Shown here piece after piece: positions 13,562-27,100 of a stretch of 64,000 nucleotides of DNA. Source of the stretch: Lama guanicoe (Eukaryota); NCBI GenBank assembly GCA_013239625.1, contig MU053810.1, positions 372,001-436,000 of the forward strand, read 5' to 3'. How positions within the stretch are numbered: the stretch's first letter is position 1; every line of letters begins with the position of its first letter. The notes under the pieces were generated by a model that made no database searches, had not been told where the DNA came from, and saw only the letters and a list, made by a program, of their open reading frames with translations. A program made the position numbers and the translations under genes.

Positions 13562-13890
13562 TTTTTTTTATAGTCAGTTTACAATAATGTGTCAACTTCC
13601 AGTACACAGCATCACGTTTCAGTCATACATATACATACATGGATTCCTTTTAATATTCTTTTTCATTATAGGTTACTACAAGATATTGAACATAGTTCCT
13701 CCATGCTATGAAGTAGAAACTTGCTGTTTATCTATTTCATATATAGTAGTTAGTATCTGCAAATCTCAGACTCCCAATTTATCCCTTCATACCCCCGTAA
13801 CCCCCTGGTAACCATAAGTTTGTTTTCTATGTCTGTGAGTCTGTTTCTGTTCTGCAAATAAGTTCGTGTCTTTATTTTTTAGGTTCCACA
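13562..13890 (-). mobile_element. L1 3' UTR fragment
   Basis: Reverse complement of the same L1 3' UTR seen at 51.6-51.9 kb and 63.3-63.6 kb. Confidence 0.85.
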
Positions 13891-14084
13891 TCTCTTATTT
13901 GCTTCTTACGATCTGTACCGATAGTTTTATATGAAGAAGCTGAAACCAACTCTTTCAAATATTTATCAATCCTTGGTTATTCAAGAATTGATGTTTCAAG
14001 ATGATTTTAGCCTTTTTTCCAGCCTCCTTCTATCTTTCAGGACATTTTACCACATTTCTACCAGGGAGCAGGGAATAGTTTACG

Positions 14085-14270
14085 AGAGAGAACAGGTCTT
14101 GAGTCAGAGAGGTAAAGTTACAGCTTGGCTCCGCGATCCATGGGCGGCCTTGCATTTAGCCTCCCTGAACCTCTGTCTCTTCATCTGTAACATGGGGTAA
14201 CACCCACAGTGCAGGGCCAAAAGGATGATTAAATGCAACCACCTGAAGAGAATATGGGGTGTTGCTCCAA
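14085..14270 (+). mobile_element. MIR relic
   Basis: cctccctgaacctctgtctcttcatctgtaacatgggg MIR core. Confidence 0.55.
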
Positions 14271-17200
14271 ATGTTATCCCTTTTGTCAAAAGTAGTTTTG
14301 AAAATAGGATCCGATCAACAAAAACCAGAAACTAACAGCCAACGTGACATTTTAGGATTATCAGAGAATGTTAATGAATCCCTGGACGCATGGCTGACAG
14401 AGCACTGTCCATGGTGAGCAGCTGCCTCAGAAATGCCCAGGTGAGCAGGAGGATTTCTTTTTTATTCTTATGTATCTGGGTTGGTAAAGAAATGCCGCGT
14501 TGGTGTCTTATCCTTCGATTAGAAATCCCCCACTAGAGCTCAGCATGTAACTAACCCACAGAAGGATACGTACTTTCTGGGTGTGCCGTCATTGAATTTC
14601 CGCATCACGGCTGCACACGCAAATGCAGAGTTGAGGGCTGATTTCTATCCCCTGCCTGACGTCCATGATGACTGGGAAACAGTGTGCTGTTCAACCTTCT
14701 GCTGAAGAGACCTTCCTTAGAACCATATATAAGAGGCCAGAGTTCAAAGAATCTGAAATATGACAAAGCAGATTTGGAGGAAAGATACTGACCTATCCTT
14801 TCTGATTTGTCTGCCATTAGCCATTAACACGAAACTTCTCAAATTATAGTATGAGTGCCAGGGCGTAGGTAAAGCCACAAGATTACAAAGGTGCACTTTC
14901 CTGCAGCATCAGTGTCCTCGGGGAGAGTCTGTGGATCGTGCAGAGATGGCTGCACTCGTGTGTTTACGACTCCCTGCACCAGAGAGCACTCGGGGTGGGG
15001 GAAAGGTTGGGAAGCACTACGGAGGGTGAGGGGAAAACACCAATGTACTGAACACCCACCTGCCAAGATCTGCGCTCGGTGTCTGCACACTGATCTCAGT
15101 TCATTTCTTACTTAGTCATTCAATGATCCTGGGAAGATGAGGAGGGAACAGCCAGGGACTTTAATGATTGTTTTCACATACATTTTAACTAGGTTTTCAG
15201 AACCCAGCTCAGCATCTATATCACATCCTTTGAGTCTCGGGCCCGAGGTGAGAAAAAAGCACCAGGAACTTGGCAGTGAAAACACACCAGTGGCAAGCTC
15301 AGACGTGAGAAAACTGGTAGATGTAGATACAGATGTGCTGGCGGGGTATGAATTCTTGTGGTTTACCTTAAAAGGTCTACTTTCGAATATAAACAAGTGA
15401 TCAAATTTACTAATAAGCTCTAATAAGCACCAACACATGATACATTTATATATATGTATATATAAAATTATAATATTATATCAAATCTATATCTATTTAA
15501 TTCTTAGAGTTTATTTTCATTCCCTAACCCAATTAATCAGGAAATAAGTTTGCTCCCGACACGAACTCCAGCCAGTTTGTGCGGCAGAATTTGGCCAAGG
15601 GATGCACCTTCTTTAACGTAATGCTCACTTCTTCTCCCCAGTCCAGCCAGAATGTTCCTTGTCTATGCTGCTGTTCAGTGCTGCCCTCTGAGTTACTCTC
15701 ACCAACACGAGAGGACCCCACTACCTTAGCTGGTTAGAAACAAAAGCTCCCTGAATCAAATCAGCCCCTTGGGTCTGTTTTGTCCGTCCTTTGACCCCTC
15801 TCCTTTCTACGAACACATATGACAGGTATCTTAGGTAGTGAGTGCCCATGAAACATACAAGCGTCAACTCTATTTTTATTGGCCTTAACTATCATATTTT
15901 ACACCCATCCTGCTGGGCTGCCTTGAGACTCTCACAAGTATGGTCAAGTGTTTATCAGCAGTTTAAAAAACTCTTAACAGGCCAGAAATACAAACTGTCC
16001 ATTCAGTAAAACATGCCCATAAAAGAATCATTTACTTTTCATGATCATTTACTTTTTATGACATAACCAGAATTGGGCAAAACACTAAAACCACTGTGAA
16101 CACACACTCATCTTCTTTCACTGACTCACAAAGGAGCTAAGGAGCTTGCTGTGTGCAGAAGATGTAAGACGTGTTGGATGGGAGTATTCGGAGGAAGTAG
16201 CTACCAAAAGTGTATACTACTTAGGAAACGGAGATGCTCTCAGGAGAAGCAGTCTTTGGTTTCTGTGACAAGCAACAAACCTCTTCCTCCAAAGATGCAG
16301 TGGCACAGCAATTCGGTCTCCACTCGGTGCCGCTAGCCTTCTATTAGGAGCGTGTATCAACTACCATCGAAGAGAAAGAATGCCTAAAATAATCGTGGCA
16401 GATTTCACAGGCTGGTGCACTGCTCTGGGGTACGCTTACTTTAAGAACATCTCTCGTTAAACTGCTGCCCCAAAGAGCAAAAGGCATTAGAGAATCAGCC
16501 TACTTCCGTTGAATTTCTCCATCGCCCTATCTCACCTTTGCATCCTTGTCATTCTTATCGCCTCATCGAAAATAAAATTCACAAAGAAAACACAACTTAG
16601 CAAGCACCGGATGCGTATCCTCGTAGTTCCCAGACTCCTCGCGTTATCCCTGAGCACAGCCACTAGAGCACGGTGCCTCACTGCTAGTGATGGAGAATGT
16701 GAGCAGTCCCTCCATCGTGCATGAGCTCTAGCGACTCCCCCAGCCAAGCCCGGTGATGCTCCCGCACGTTCCGGTAAGGCCAGAACACGTGGCAGAGCGT
16801 AAGGGCTCATGCACTCACAGCCTCTCCTTTCCTTTATCTCCCAGGAAGCAAAGACCACGTTCTCTGAGGTCACCCTGAGATTCCGAGAGAACAGACCTGA
16901 CAAAGCTCTGAAACAGCCAGTCCTCACAGACAGCCCAAGTCTGCTCAGCAATAAATAACAGGGAGATAAAACGGCAAGCTTCCATCATCACTTCTTTGTG
17001 CATTTCCGAGGATGATGGTGGATTCTGGGACCCCTGGACATTTCAACACTACTCTTCAGAACGGAGTTTATCATGATTATGACATAAGGTTCTGTATTAC
17101 TCGGCACATTTTTGAACCCTGAGTCTGATTTCTGGTGCTTTTGTAACTAACTCACCCAACCTAAGATTGTTTGTGAATATGCTGGGTCCAGATAGATGTA

Positions 17201-18449
17201 TATTTTGGACTTTGGTTGCCAGGAAAATTTCAGACTCCCAAGACTGGCTGTCAGTCTTTGGTTATTCCTTCTTATCTGAGCAAGACTCAAGTTGTTGTAG
17301 CACTGGAGATGCAAGAAACACTCTGACCATCAGACTTTCTTGTGCCTTTGATCTCTGCTCGTCAAGTTTCACCAAAATTGAACTGAACCCAAAGAAACCC
17401 AAAGAACCCAGAGAAAAATTTCTCTTTGAAAAAGTAATTTTATCACAGAAACTTCAAAATATATATATTAATCTTTCATCTGATTCAGAAACTATGAAAG
17501 GGAAATCTGCCAGTAAAAGAAAATAAGGTAAAAAAAAAAAGAACACAGGAAATATATGTTTCAAATGTCTGTATTATCTACTGTGGAAATATCTCCACGG
17601 TAGTTTCAGACAATGATTGTCATGAAGATAAATAGAATGTGAGCTATGTGGTACGTGTGTGTTTCAACTCTCTATAGTTAACGCGTCACAGTACAGGGGT
17701 GAATTACATTTAACCTCTTTTTGAATGGAAAAGCAAATGATAGACTTGTCATAGTAATATCTTATCTGTTTGATAAACTGGGTTAGTGTCACAAATCATA
17801 TAGATCACATTATCCCCAGTACAGCCCTCCTGTTGTGAAAACAAACCACGACGGTCAAATCAACTTTTTATTTATTCATCTAAATTCAGGTCTGCTGCCA
17901 ACACAGCAGTAGGCTGGGTGACAGTGACTGCTGGAATGTGTTTACTTCTTATTTGAAACTTAAGTGATATTGATCTTATGGTAAAATGAAATCCTGACTG
18001 CTACGGCAAAAGATTAAGAGTGGGAGTTTACCCCCACTTTATTATCCTGTGTGCAAGAATATTGTTCACGGAGACACAGGAATACAGATCAGCAGTGACC
18101 CCCACCTTCTGATGTCAGCATGGGCTTCTTTCACCCACTTCCCTGGACCCCTGCAACAGGAACCTTCTCTCCCTCCATCCTCACCTGCTTGTTGTCTGTT
18201 TGCTCCTTCAAGAATGCCCTTCTGAAAGCTTGGACCTTAAGGCACCACTGACAGCATCTAAAATAGCGCCTGGCACGTCGGATTGGCAGACTGACTCAGG
18301 GAGCATGTGTGGATGGAATGACTGAATGTACTGACTTAGCTTCTGAGAAAGGAAACGGAGTGGATGGCCTCAGCCCTTTACGATGCACTCAACCAGCTTC
18401 ACCTCCTGCCACCTACCTTTGTTCCAGTTCAGCGCCACAGGGCATGCCC

Positions 18450-19015
18450 AGACAGGTTCACTTTCGCTGGCTGGTGGTTTTGTGTGTCATTCAAAAAGTC
18501 AACACATTAGAAAAAGACACACACAGGAGTCATTCCTCTTCTCAATCGCTCTCTTCCCCTCTGCCTGCTCCAGATGCACAACTGTGTCAGTTCCCTGTTT
18601 GCCCACATAGCATTTCTTTATGCAAAAAGAAGCAAACGCACCTATAAATTTTCATATCCCACTCTTTCTTACATAAAGGTAGTGTACTCCATACACTGCT
18701 CTCCACCTTGCTTCTTGCACTTGGCAATGTACCTGAACATCACCCTACATCAGTACATAGCTCTCCCTCACTCTCTTTTAACAACTGCCCGACATTCCAC
18801 TGTACACGTACACTGTCCTTTAACCACTCCCTTATTGTCTGATGGATACCTGGTGGCTTTGATGTTCTGGTGTGATATACAAAGCTTTGGTGATAATCAG
18901 GTACAAATGTCATTTCGTTACACGTGCAGGTGTGGGCATGGGAAAGATTCCAGGACAGGACTGCACATCAGTAACAGAGGTTCATACTGTCAGATTCCCC
19001 TCCTGGAGGTTTGTT
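18450..19015 (-). mobile_element. Ancient L1 (L1ME-like) fragment
   Basis: Antisense old-L1 motifs: ctctccaccttgcttcttgcacttggcaatgt, cattccactgt, gatggatacctgg, catactgtcagatt. Confidence 0.55.
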
Positions 19016-19768
19016 AAAAAACACTGGTAGGTGACTGTAAAGACATGATGACATCTTAAATGTATGTGTGTGGTGTTGGTCCCTAAAATTTTTCCCACTC
19101 TTCTCAAGGGGAGTGCTAACCACATTCTTCACTTTCATTAAACCTAGACTATTTTAAAATTTAAGTCAACGCAGCCTCCCCTGCTGGTGGTCAGAGATCA
19201 GTATTCCTCTTCTACATCCATCCATCATTTCTCTAGGAGAACAGACTTTCCCTCTAGCAACCTATTAGAGGAAAACAGGCCCTCTAAAACAGCCCTGAAA
19301 GCCTAGTTAATACGGGGGAAATGAAATTTTTATAAGAGTATTCAGGGATTCTAAATCAGCAGCAAATATTTTTTTCATCACAACACCCAAAATGACATGG
19401 AAAGAAAAACACAAGTGAATATTTAAAAACCTTATTCATTCCAATTCAGAGGGGACTCTCCCCCCAAACAAGTTTATATTCTCAGAGGTTTTAGTAATTC
19501 ATGATTTTTTTTTCACAGCAAGAATCTCAAATTAGAAAATGATGCCTATTTGCAGAATTAATGAAAAGGTCCTTTTCCCACCCCTTCTACAGAAGCCATG
19601 AGGGAACAACACACTTTCACGTGAGAATCTCGGCGTTCAGGAAACTGACCCTCTGGTTTAGGACATTTATTATAGCCAAGGAGCACAAAAGCAATGATCT
19701 GCTCTTGCACCAGCATAGTTAGCTAAACATACACATACTTGTCCAAATTCATTCCTTTGTGTGATACA

Positions 19769-20013
19769 CAGTTGACCCTCGAACAACACTGCGGTTAGGG
19801 GCGCCAGCCCTCCTGGAAGCCGAAAATCCGAGTATAATTTGCAGTGGGCCCTCCATACCTTTTGGTTCCTCCATATCCACAGTTCCGCAACCTAAAAGAT
19901 CCACAGATCAACCAACCGCAGACGGTGCAATGCCATCGTCATTAAGCTGAAAAAAACCTGCATGTAAGTGGACCCACCCAGTACATAACTCCATGCTGCT
20001 CAAGGGTCAGCTG
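19769..20013. mobile_element. Tigger2/MER8-type TcMar-Tigger non-autonomous element
   Basis: TIRs CAGTTGACCCTCGAACAAC ... GCTGCTCAAGGGTCAGCTG, with internal gttaggggcgcc, gaaaatccg and gtaagtggaccc motifs. Confidence 0.8.
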
Positions 20014-20159
20014 GACTTTCGTACGATGCCTTCACTTGGCATGGACAGGATGATATTAAATTAAATGCTAATTTAAGCTTCGATTCCAGAGACAGCTAGT
20101 CAACCTGCATCAGTAGCTCACACTCCACCCACCATAACAGGCACAAGGACCGTCTTAGC

Positions 20160-20535
20160 TGGTTTATTCACACCAGTCCCAACCTGGAAATAAACAAGTG
20201 TCCACCGAGGACAGAATGGCATCCAAATTTCACACAGTGGACCACCACACGGCAGTGGAGGAAAATGAACAATGTATACAAGCAACAACATGAATAAATC
20301 CCACAAAGTGTAAGCAGGATGCCAGCTTTCTGGAATTCAAATCAGGCAAAACTAACTTATGGTGACAGAGGTCAGAACGGTGATTACCTTTGGGCAGGGA
20401 GGTGTTGTTTCAACTGGGAAAAGGGGACCAGGGAGCCTTCTAGGGTGCTTGTAATGTTCTACGTCTTGATCTAGGGGGTCAGTACAAGGGTTAAAAATTT
20501 TTGAGATTTGTGAACTTTACGGTATGCAAATTCTA
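20160..20535 (+). mobile_element. Old L1 (L1MC/ME-like) 3' fragment
   Basis: caacctggaaataaacaagtgtcca, caggcaaaactaacttatggtgacagaggtcagaa and aatgttctacgtcttgatct motifs. Confidence 0.6.
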
Positions 20536-22055
20536 TCGGAGCTGGTCAGCCAGCATCCTAACCAAGCAGTCCTTACTCTGGGAGTGGCAACTAGAAACAC
20601 CTGGGCTATTACATTCGAGTAATGCTAGAGCCTCTACCAACCAGATCCTCAGAAATGATTTTTTTTCCTTGATGAAGTTGGTAGTTTGTTAATTAGCATG
20701 GTAAGTGTTAAGAATGGGGTAAAAAAAATTTTTAGGTCCTCCCTGTCCTGGTCCATACTCTGATTTCAGAATATGCCTGGAAACAAAGGATGGTTTCCTC
20801 TGCTTTGTGAAGGATCAGCAGCAAACACTGCCAGCCCCACCCCCCTGCTCCTCCTCCCCAGTCGATGGCACCAACTTTTCACAGCACCTGGATGGCGCAT
20901 CTCAAACCTCTCCTTTGATGAAGGGACAATGGACACGTTGGGAAAGGAGAAGCCTCCCAAAGCAAGGGCTGCCTCAAGCCCCCACGTCTTTGCCTGGTTC
21001 CTGGGACCTAGGGACAGAAGGTCCATCAGCCAGTGACACTGACTACCAGGACACTCAGGCATGGGCACCTCTCCTCCAGGTGCTGAAACGTGCAGAAAGC
21101 CTTAGCTCTCCATTCTTCTTTCTCTTGGCCCTGCCCACCAAACACACACACACACACACACAACCATCCTCAAGTCTCTCCCCACCCCACCCCCAAATGC
21201 AAACATGTGATTGGTATAGTCATTCATTCAACAGATATTCAGAGTTTGGGCAAAATCTGAAAGATGAGCATCTTTTAAAGATTTGTCTATTTCAAGAGTG
21301 CCTATTGTATGAATGACAGTATTTACTGAAACACACTCTCATCAGAACGTCTCTCGCTCACCTCAGTCAATTCATCACCGACGCTGAGATACAGGGAAGA
21401 ATCCAGAAGGCACCCATGATGCTGGGGACCGGTCCCCAGGGCAAGGTAACTGTGAGAGGGAAGTCCTGCTGGCCCTTTCTCTGTGGCTGCCCCTCCTGGA
21501 GAAGGAGGAGGGCTGGCCGGGAGGGATAGAGGGTGGACGCCCAGCCCCTTCCCCCTCATACTCCTGGGAACCTGCTGGAAGCCCGCCTACTGCTTTTCTC
21601 CCCTAAGCTAGTGTGGCCCGATCCAGAGGTTCAGAATAAGGACGCCCTTTACTGCCACAGTCTGCGGCCCTCCGATTTAGCTTTTCTTGGCAATAAAGTT
21701 AATATTCGGGTCTCCATCTGGCTGAGTCCTCAGCCCTTCTTCACAGCTGGTCCAGAGCTCAGGTGGGAAAGGTTGTGTTCCTGGGCCCACACACGTCACA
21801 GGTGGCAGGTTTGGTAGGAAGATGAAGGAGCTGGGAAGAGGCTCTGCAGGGGCCCCTGAACAATGCAGAGAGCGTGCCCATCAGCAGGACCTCTGGGGCT
21901 GGAGCACTGATATCTGCTAGGCAGACAGTGTGTGACTTTTTCATTCTTTTGTTCTGGAACAATGAGCATTTCCTAGACAGGTAACCTGAGAGATCCAACA
22001 TTTAGTCTCCTTGAATAAAACACCACAGTCTCAAATAACAAAACAAAATGAAGTC

Positions 22056-22292
22056 GGGGGAGGGATAAATTGAGTCTGGGATTAACAGATACACACTGTT
22101 ACATATAAAACAGATAAACAACAAGGACCCACTGTATAGCACAGGGAATTATGTTCAATAGCTCATAATAATCTATAATGGAAAATAATCTGAAAAAGAA
22201 TATATATGTTATATATAAAAACTGAATCACTTTGCTGTACACCTGAAACTAACACAACACTGTAAATCAACTATACTTCAATTAAAAAAAAA
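22056..22292 (+). mobile_element. L1 3' UTR end with A-tail
   Basis: gggataaatt...tatagcacagggaa...gtaaatcaactatacttcaattaaaaaaaaa. Confidence 0.88.
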
Positions 22293-22909
22293 TCAAAAAG
22301 ACGGTCAAAGTCCTTGAACAATTATGGAGCATATAAAGTACAAGCGAGAAACCTGCTGGGTGGAAAGCAAGTTACTGCCTCTTTCCCTAAATTGGCAGCG
22401 GTACAATTTACCTAAACAGTTTTAACGCTCAGTCTGCCAAACCTACAGGTTGACCCGCAAGTCAACCCAACCTGCCTCAACCGATCCCATGAACCAAATC
22501 ATTTGCAAATTTCCACCTCATCTTGCTATAGAGGCATAGTTTGTGTCTGTAAACTGTGACTCCTACTCCAGGAACAAGAGATGAAAGAACAAAATCAGAG
22601 CAGCACTCCCTAAAGGTATTAAACATAAAACCATGAGACTTCGAGATCATTTAGTTAGTCCTACGTCCTTGTTCCTCATACGAAGCAACTGCAGTAACAT
22701 AAAGTAAATTCAGTATATGGCCTGACCATACCTGGGGAAATCGAATATGAACTGGATATTAGAGGATCCTGAAAAATTATTGTGTTAGTGGTGATCATGC
22801 TATTTTGATTATATGAGAAAACATTTTTCCTTCTTTCCTTTCTTTCTTGGGGGAACTGGAGGGTGGATATCCATACTAAGTATTGTAAAGGGTGGAATGT
22901 CAAGATACC

Positions 22910-23478
22910 TTTTTTATTGAGATATAATAGACACATAACACTGTGTAAGTTTACGGTGGACCATATGCTGATTTGACACACTTACATACTGCAGTATGAT
23001 TACACTGCAGGCTTAGCCAAACCTCCACGACATCACGTAATTACCATTTCTTTCTTGTGGCGAGAACATTTATGATCTAGTATCTTAGCAGCTTTCAAGC
23101 ATCTAATATGTATGTTAACTACTGTCACCCTGCTGTGCGTTAGATCCTCAGAACTTACTCTTCTTCTAACTTCAAGTCTGTATTCTTTAATCAACATCTC
23201 CCCAGTTTCCCCACCCCTCAGCCCCTGGCAACCACAAGTCTACTCTCTGCTTCTACAAGTTCAGCTTTTTTAGATTTCACAAGTAAGTGATATCACACAG
23301 TATTTGTCTTCCTCTGTCTGAATTATCTCACTTAGTATAATGAGCTCAAGGTCTACCCATGTTCCTGCAAATGGCAGGATTTCCTTTCTTCTCTTGGCTG
23401 GATAATATTCCATTTTATACGTTGATAAACACTTAGCTTGTTTCCATGTCTTAGTTAATCTGAATAATGCTGCAATAA
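22910..23478 (-). mobile_element. L1 (L1MA9-like) 3' fragment
   Basis: Minus-strand ORF2 C-terminal remnant (KTWKQAKCLS...EILPFAGTWVDLELIILSEI) plus 3' UTR ending in a T-run at about 22910. Confidence 0.85.
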
Positions 23479-23964
23479 GATATCTTAAATATACTTTAAA
23501 ATACCTTAGCATTTTTTTTCACAAATGGAGATAGTTAAGTAAGTAAATGAATGAATGAATAGCTGCCCTGACCCAGGGAACGCACAGCTGGTTAACGGGG
23601 CAGGAGCTGGCTACCCGCCAAGCATCCTTCCTCTAATGATTCACAAGGGACCCTTTACTGTGTCTTATACCCTCAGCACCTGAGCAGCTACCCAAGGTGA
23701 CTGCAGTCTGTCAGAAGGTCATTCAGGTTCTGCCCACTCAGCTTTGGAGGGACTCTGCATGCTTCAAATTAGTGTGGCAAACTGGGCTTGGATGAGCTGA
23801 GAAAGTTACCAGAGTGGCCTTCTTCTCAGATCCAGATGACCGAGTGATGGCCAAATAGTCACGAACACTGGTCTGGGTGGAAATTTGTCCCGAGTTTCCA
23901 AGACCCTATCAGTGGACCAAGAGACTAGACTCTCTTGTGCCATAAGAACAAAACCTAACAGAAT

Positions 23965-24180
23965 TAGTGTAAAATCATACATAATAACCAGGAGCTGCTT
24001 CCCACGTACCAAGGGCTGTTCTAAGTGGTTCACAAGAATGATCTCAGCTAATCACTGCAACATTCAAAGAGATTACTGTCTCCGTCATGCATGAAGTGAC
24101 CGGAGCACAGAGAGTTTAAGAAACTTGCCAAGGCCACAGAGCCCGCAGGGCCAGCGCCACCACTGGGATGACTGTGCCAC
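23965..24180 (-). mobile_element. MIR relic
   Basis: gagcacagagagtttaagaaacttgccaaggccacagagc, an antisense MIR core. Confidence 0.55.
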
Positions 24181-27100
24181 ACGGCCTCCTGGCCGCACTC
24201 CGTTTCCACACAGTCGTGCCCCAAGTTTCTCCCTGGGAGAAATGGTCCAGGGACACGTCTCATTGTCCTTAAAAACAGCACAAAAGAATGCAAACAAAAG
24301 GTAAACGAGAAACACAAAGTTCACCGCACGGGCCAAAACAAGATGTTCGACGTCAGAAAAATCTTTCACTTTGTTCTTCTCATGAAAAATTCAAACCATT
24401 CAAGTGCTGCCTAACTGTCTTCTCCAAACGAATCTGGGCTAGACATCCAGGCAGCTCTGCAATTTCTCCTTAGAGAACTCTCTCTGGAGGCAGCAGAGGC
24501 CCGGGCTGCCCACTCAGACCCTCGTCCCGACGGGATGGGAAGGCGCCAGGCATTTCCTTTAAGGGCTCTGGGCACATTCCTGCAGACAAGTCTTCACACT
24601 CACACAGGAAAAAAAAGGAGGATGCAGTGCACCTTCCAATACCTTCTCTAGGGCTTCGGGACTGACAATGACTTTGAATGAATCTCTATAATTAAATTAC
24701 TACGTTAACATTATGCCTTCAGAGTTAAAAGGACAAGACTTAAAAAAAAATCAGATTGAAACAACCAATCCAAGAAAAGCTGAGGTGTCTTATGATGAAA
24801 TTGGGGACGATTCCCTGTTGGAATGGTCCCTAGACCTGTTCCTGAGCCCTTTGCCTCCACCAGTCCAACAGGAGTGTAAGTTAAGGGTGTCTCATGCAAT
24901 CTTAGATGTCACAGAATCCTCAAAGGACTTCAAAGTCAAATGGAGACACAGCACAGGTAGGCTCCGAAAGCACAGAGGGAGAGGCTGACCAAAAAGCGGA
25001 TCAACAAGAACCAAGAGTTCGAACTCCAGTGGGTTCAGTAACTCCTGGCATGGACGTTTCTGCGAAGGGCCTTGGCCACCAAAAGAAAAAGGATTCATGT
25101 CTTGGCTACTGTCCCTATTTGAAAACCTGAGTTTCCTCCGATCTTAGACTGAATGAGCACGGGCAAAACTGAGGCAAAGAGGCCATATTTCTATCTGCAA
25201 TGGAAACGAACACTGGTATCTACAAGTGACAAGGACCTCTCACACAGAACCAGCCTCCTCTCACTAGCTGGGAACTTCTTGTTCCTTCCCCAAATTTATT
25301 ATTGTTAAAATTAGTATTTGACATTCACCAAATGCCAACAGCAGGCCTCTATCTGCTATTATGACTCCATCATTTGCTCACCTCTGAACTGACTTTCAAA
25401 ACATTGTTAACTCGGTCCCAGAAAACAACCGTCAGGCATGAAGATAAGGAAGGAAATTCAAAGTTACACTGACCATAAAACTAAATTGGTGATATAATTT
25501 TCTACAGTTGTCAAGGCATGCTTTATGGCTTTTACATTAAAAAGACTGAGAACTTTTTTTTCTTTTTATGACTGCAGACAGCGTAAACACGATGGTTCGA
25601 ATAGTTAAAAGCAAGTCAGGAAAGGACCTAGGAACAGTCTCTTGTTTAAAAATGTGTGTTGACGTTCCTCAGCCATGAAACTTGGAAAATCCAAAGGCAA
25701 GTCTGTCTATTCCACAGTCCAAAAGTGCCCTCCCCTTTCTTGCCCACATTTTGGTGTTAGGCACCTCACAGTAGGTCACAGCAAAGCCAATGATGGAAGG
25801 CAGCCAAGCAACAAAAGACAGGAGGACCATCCTTCACACCAAAGAAGCCAAAACAAAAATGGCAGCACCAAAGCTAATTCTAGCTACACGTGAGCTATGC
25901 AGTATTCAAACCAGTGCCAAGGTGGTTTCACTTCAGAACTCTCACATTAACTCAATTAACGTATCCTCTTCCTCAAAGTCTCAGAAACCATGGAAATGGA
26001 GATTTCCGTGGTCCTCCTCAATCCCGACTATGTGAGCACAACCCATGGTTCATGCCTCCATCAGAGGGTCCTCAAATCACGAGTGACATCACTTACCCAT
26101 CTGTATGTATGACAGCGGCACTTGGCACTGAGCAGACACCCCTCACCCCTATTCCATAAATACTGAATAGGTCTTATAAACACACAGTCCCTGAGAAGAC
26201 TTTCTGCTGGTAAATATCCTTCCTACTCAAGGCAAAATTCCACTATGAAAGATTCATTTCTTTGGCTCCATCTTCTGGAGTCTTTAACAAAATAGATCTC
26301 TCTGAAGGGTGTCACTGTTTTCTCAACTGCTGTGAACTAATGCATAAAGGAAGTAAAAGAAATGGCTCCAAACCGAAGGGAAAGATTAGAAAGAAAAGAA
26401 ATAGGGAGGAGAAGTGGAAAGAGTGAAGGAAATGAGAAGAAAAGGTTGGGAAGGAGGCAAAGGAACACTTGCCTTCTTTGTTTTTGCCAGGAATCCATTA
26501 TCCCCGCCTCCTCTCCAGGAGGAGCTGTCGACACTCCCAAGTGTACTCACTCCTAATGTGCCCCTTCTCACAAACGAAACGGAGGAAGCAGGTTTCCCTT
26601 GTCCCCCAAATGCTCAACAATAGTTCAAAGTTTCTTTTTGATCTTTTTTCCTTCTTAGGAAAGAAAGCAAAATGAAAGGAGAGAAAAACACTTCACAATC
26701 TTTCACAACCAAGGAGAGCACCACATTAAGCTTTTGACATGAAAACTCTGACCGCAGGTGCATGTTCAAGGTTTGGGGTGACAGCTAGAAACACTGACCA
26801 TGAAAGGAAGGGTTTTGCAAATCTTCCTGAATTAAAACATTAAGAGAATGAAGTTCCACTTTCGTACAATGTTTAAGAGAAATCAAAGTTTTCAGAAGAG
26901 CAAATTATCAGTAAAGACTACTATAATAACTCTTCAAGCATATGGTTTCCATTTTATTGAGTTTTTAGTCCATGCTGATTTATTACTAAGACCCCCCCAA
27001 AAAATGATTACTGCTGCATCTTTATGCCACCAGAGTGACTCTCTTTCACAACTTTAAAAACAAATTTCAAATTTCCATTTTTTCCCTTTTTTCAGTGCAA

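Noticed and set aside
14790..14817. Minus-strand ATG...ATAG|GTCAGT as a first coding exon (MADKSERI)
   Set aside because: No promoter features and no recognised protein; plausible by chance.
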